64,000 bases of DNA, from contig CAYMEN010000003.1 of assembly GCA_964389325.1 (NCBI GenBank), forward strand, positions 62,502-126,501, given 5' to 3'. The notes under the pieces are model-generated. The model had not been told where the DNA came from. It made no database searches and worked only from the letters and a program-made list of their open reading frames with translations. This document shows positions 63,703 through 64,000 of the stretch, in pieces; the stretch's first letter is position 1; each line of letters starts with the position of its first letter. The position numbers and the translations under genes were made by a program. The DNA comes from an uncultured bacterium. Its GTDB lineage: Bacteria > Muiribacteriota > Ozemobacteria > Ozemobacterales > Ozemobacteraceae.

Positions 63703-64000
63703 ATGCAGAAAGTTTTCTCGCGGCCGCAGAGCCTGAGCGCGAACCCGACCCATTACTGTCCCGGTTGCGACCACGGCGTCGTCCATCGCCTCGTGGCCGA
63801 GTCGATCGACGAGCTCGGCCTGGCCGAGCGCACGATCGGCGTCGCGCCGGTCGGCTGCTCGGTATTTGCCTACGAATACTTCAACCTCGATTTCATCTCC
63901 GCCGCGCACGGCCGGGCCCCGGCCGTCGCGACCGGCATCAAGCGCTGCCGGCCCGACTCGATCGTGTTCACCTACCAGGGTGACGGCGATCTGGCCGCGA
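63703..64000 (+). CDS. korB: 2-oxoacid:ferredoxin oxidoreductase beta subunit (TPP-binding), 3-prime truncated by window edge
   Basis: [14 protein letters not shown]... and GDGD TPP-binding motif beginning; frame open to window end. Confidence 0.8.
   Translation, partial: MQKVFSRPQSLSANPTHYCPGCDHGVVHRLVAESIDELGLAERTIGVAPVGCSVFAYEYFNLDFISAAHGRAPAVATGIKRCRPDSIVFTYQGDGDLAA

Overview
GC-rich bacterial chromosomal window with strong G/C third-position bias, about 60 protein-coding genes on both strands. No rRNA, tRNA, CRISPR array, transposase or integrase was recognised.

Housekeeping backbone:
- trxA
- OMP-MFP-RND efflux operon (TolC-like, adaptor, AcrB-like pump)
- ffh-rpsP-KH-rimM-trmD-rplS-lepB-rbgA block
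- phoH, then a 7TM-HD (PgpH-like) gene, ybeY, corC-like, DUF502, DUF3048 and era
- orphan sigma-54-dependent response regulator, then a near-consensus sigma-54 promoter, ptsN, an RsbW-like GHKL kinase and ndk
- V-type ATPase operon in the order E, DUF2764-like, A, B, D, I, K (the order seen in Chlamydiae and Spirochaetes)
- glmM
- isochorismatase-family gene
- korD-korA-korB (2-oxoacid:ferredoxin oxidoreductase; korB runs off the window end)

Accessory or unusual content:
- A long minus-strand gene string (about 8.4-15.8 kb) with translational coupling: tandem GalT-like HIT enzymes, an SH3b protein, a 709-aa membrane-anchored protein, two pseudopilins, an ECF sigma factor and a zf-HC2 anti-sigma factor.
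- A second pseudopilin module (55.8-60.1 kb): two pseudopilins, a GspK-like protein, a secreted FG-GAP/calcium-loop beta-propeller and a TPR protein.
- A FapA/DUF342-like gene co-operonic with a large Ig-like/SLH-domain protein.
- A 951-aa orphan membrane protein.
- A hyper-acidic D/E-repeat protein flanked by hairpins.
- A CBM20/21-like protein.
- A short intergenic inverted-repeat element present in two copies (36.7 kb and 60.1 kb).
- Scattered patches of rare AT-rich codons inside otherwise GC3-rich genes.

Taxonomy cannot be fixed from sequence alone. The abundant prepilin-type N-termini and the V-ATPase operon order are consistent with a PVC-like, Spirochaete-like or candidate-phylum diderm. 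All functional calls are homology-by-eye from motifs and have not been searched against any database.
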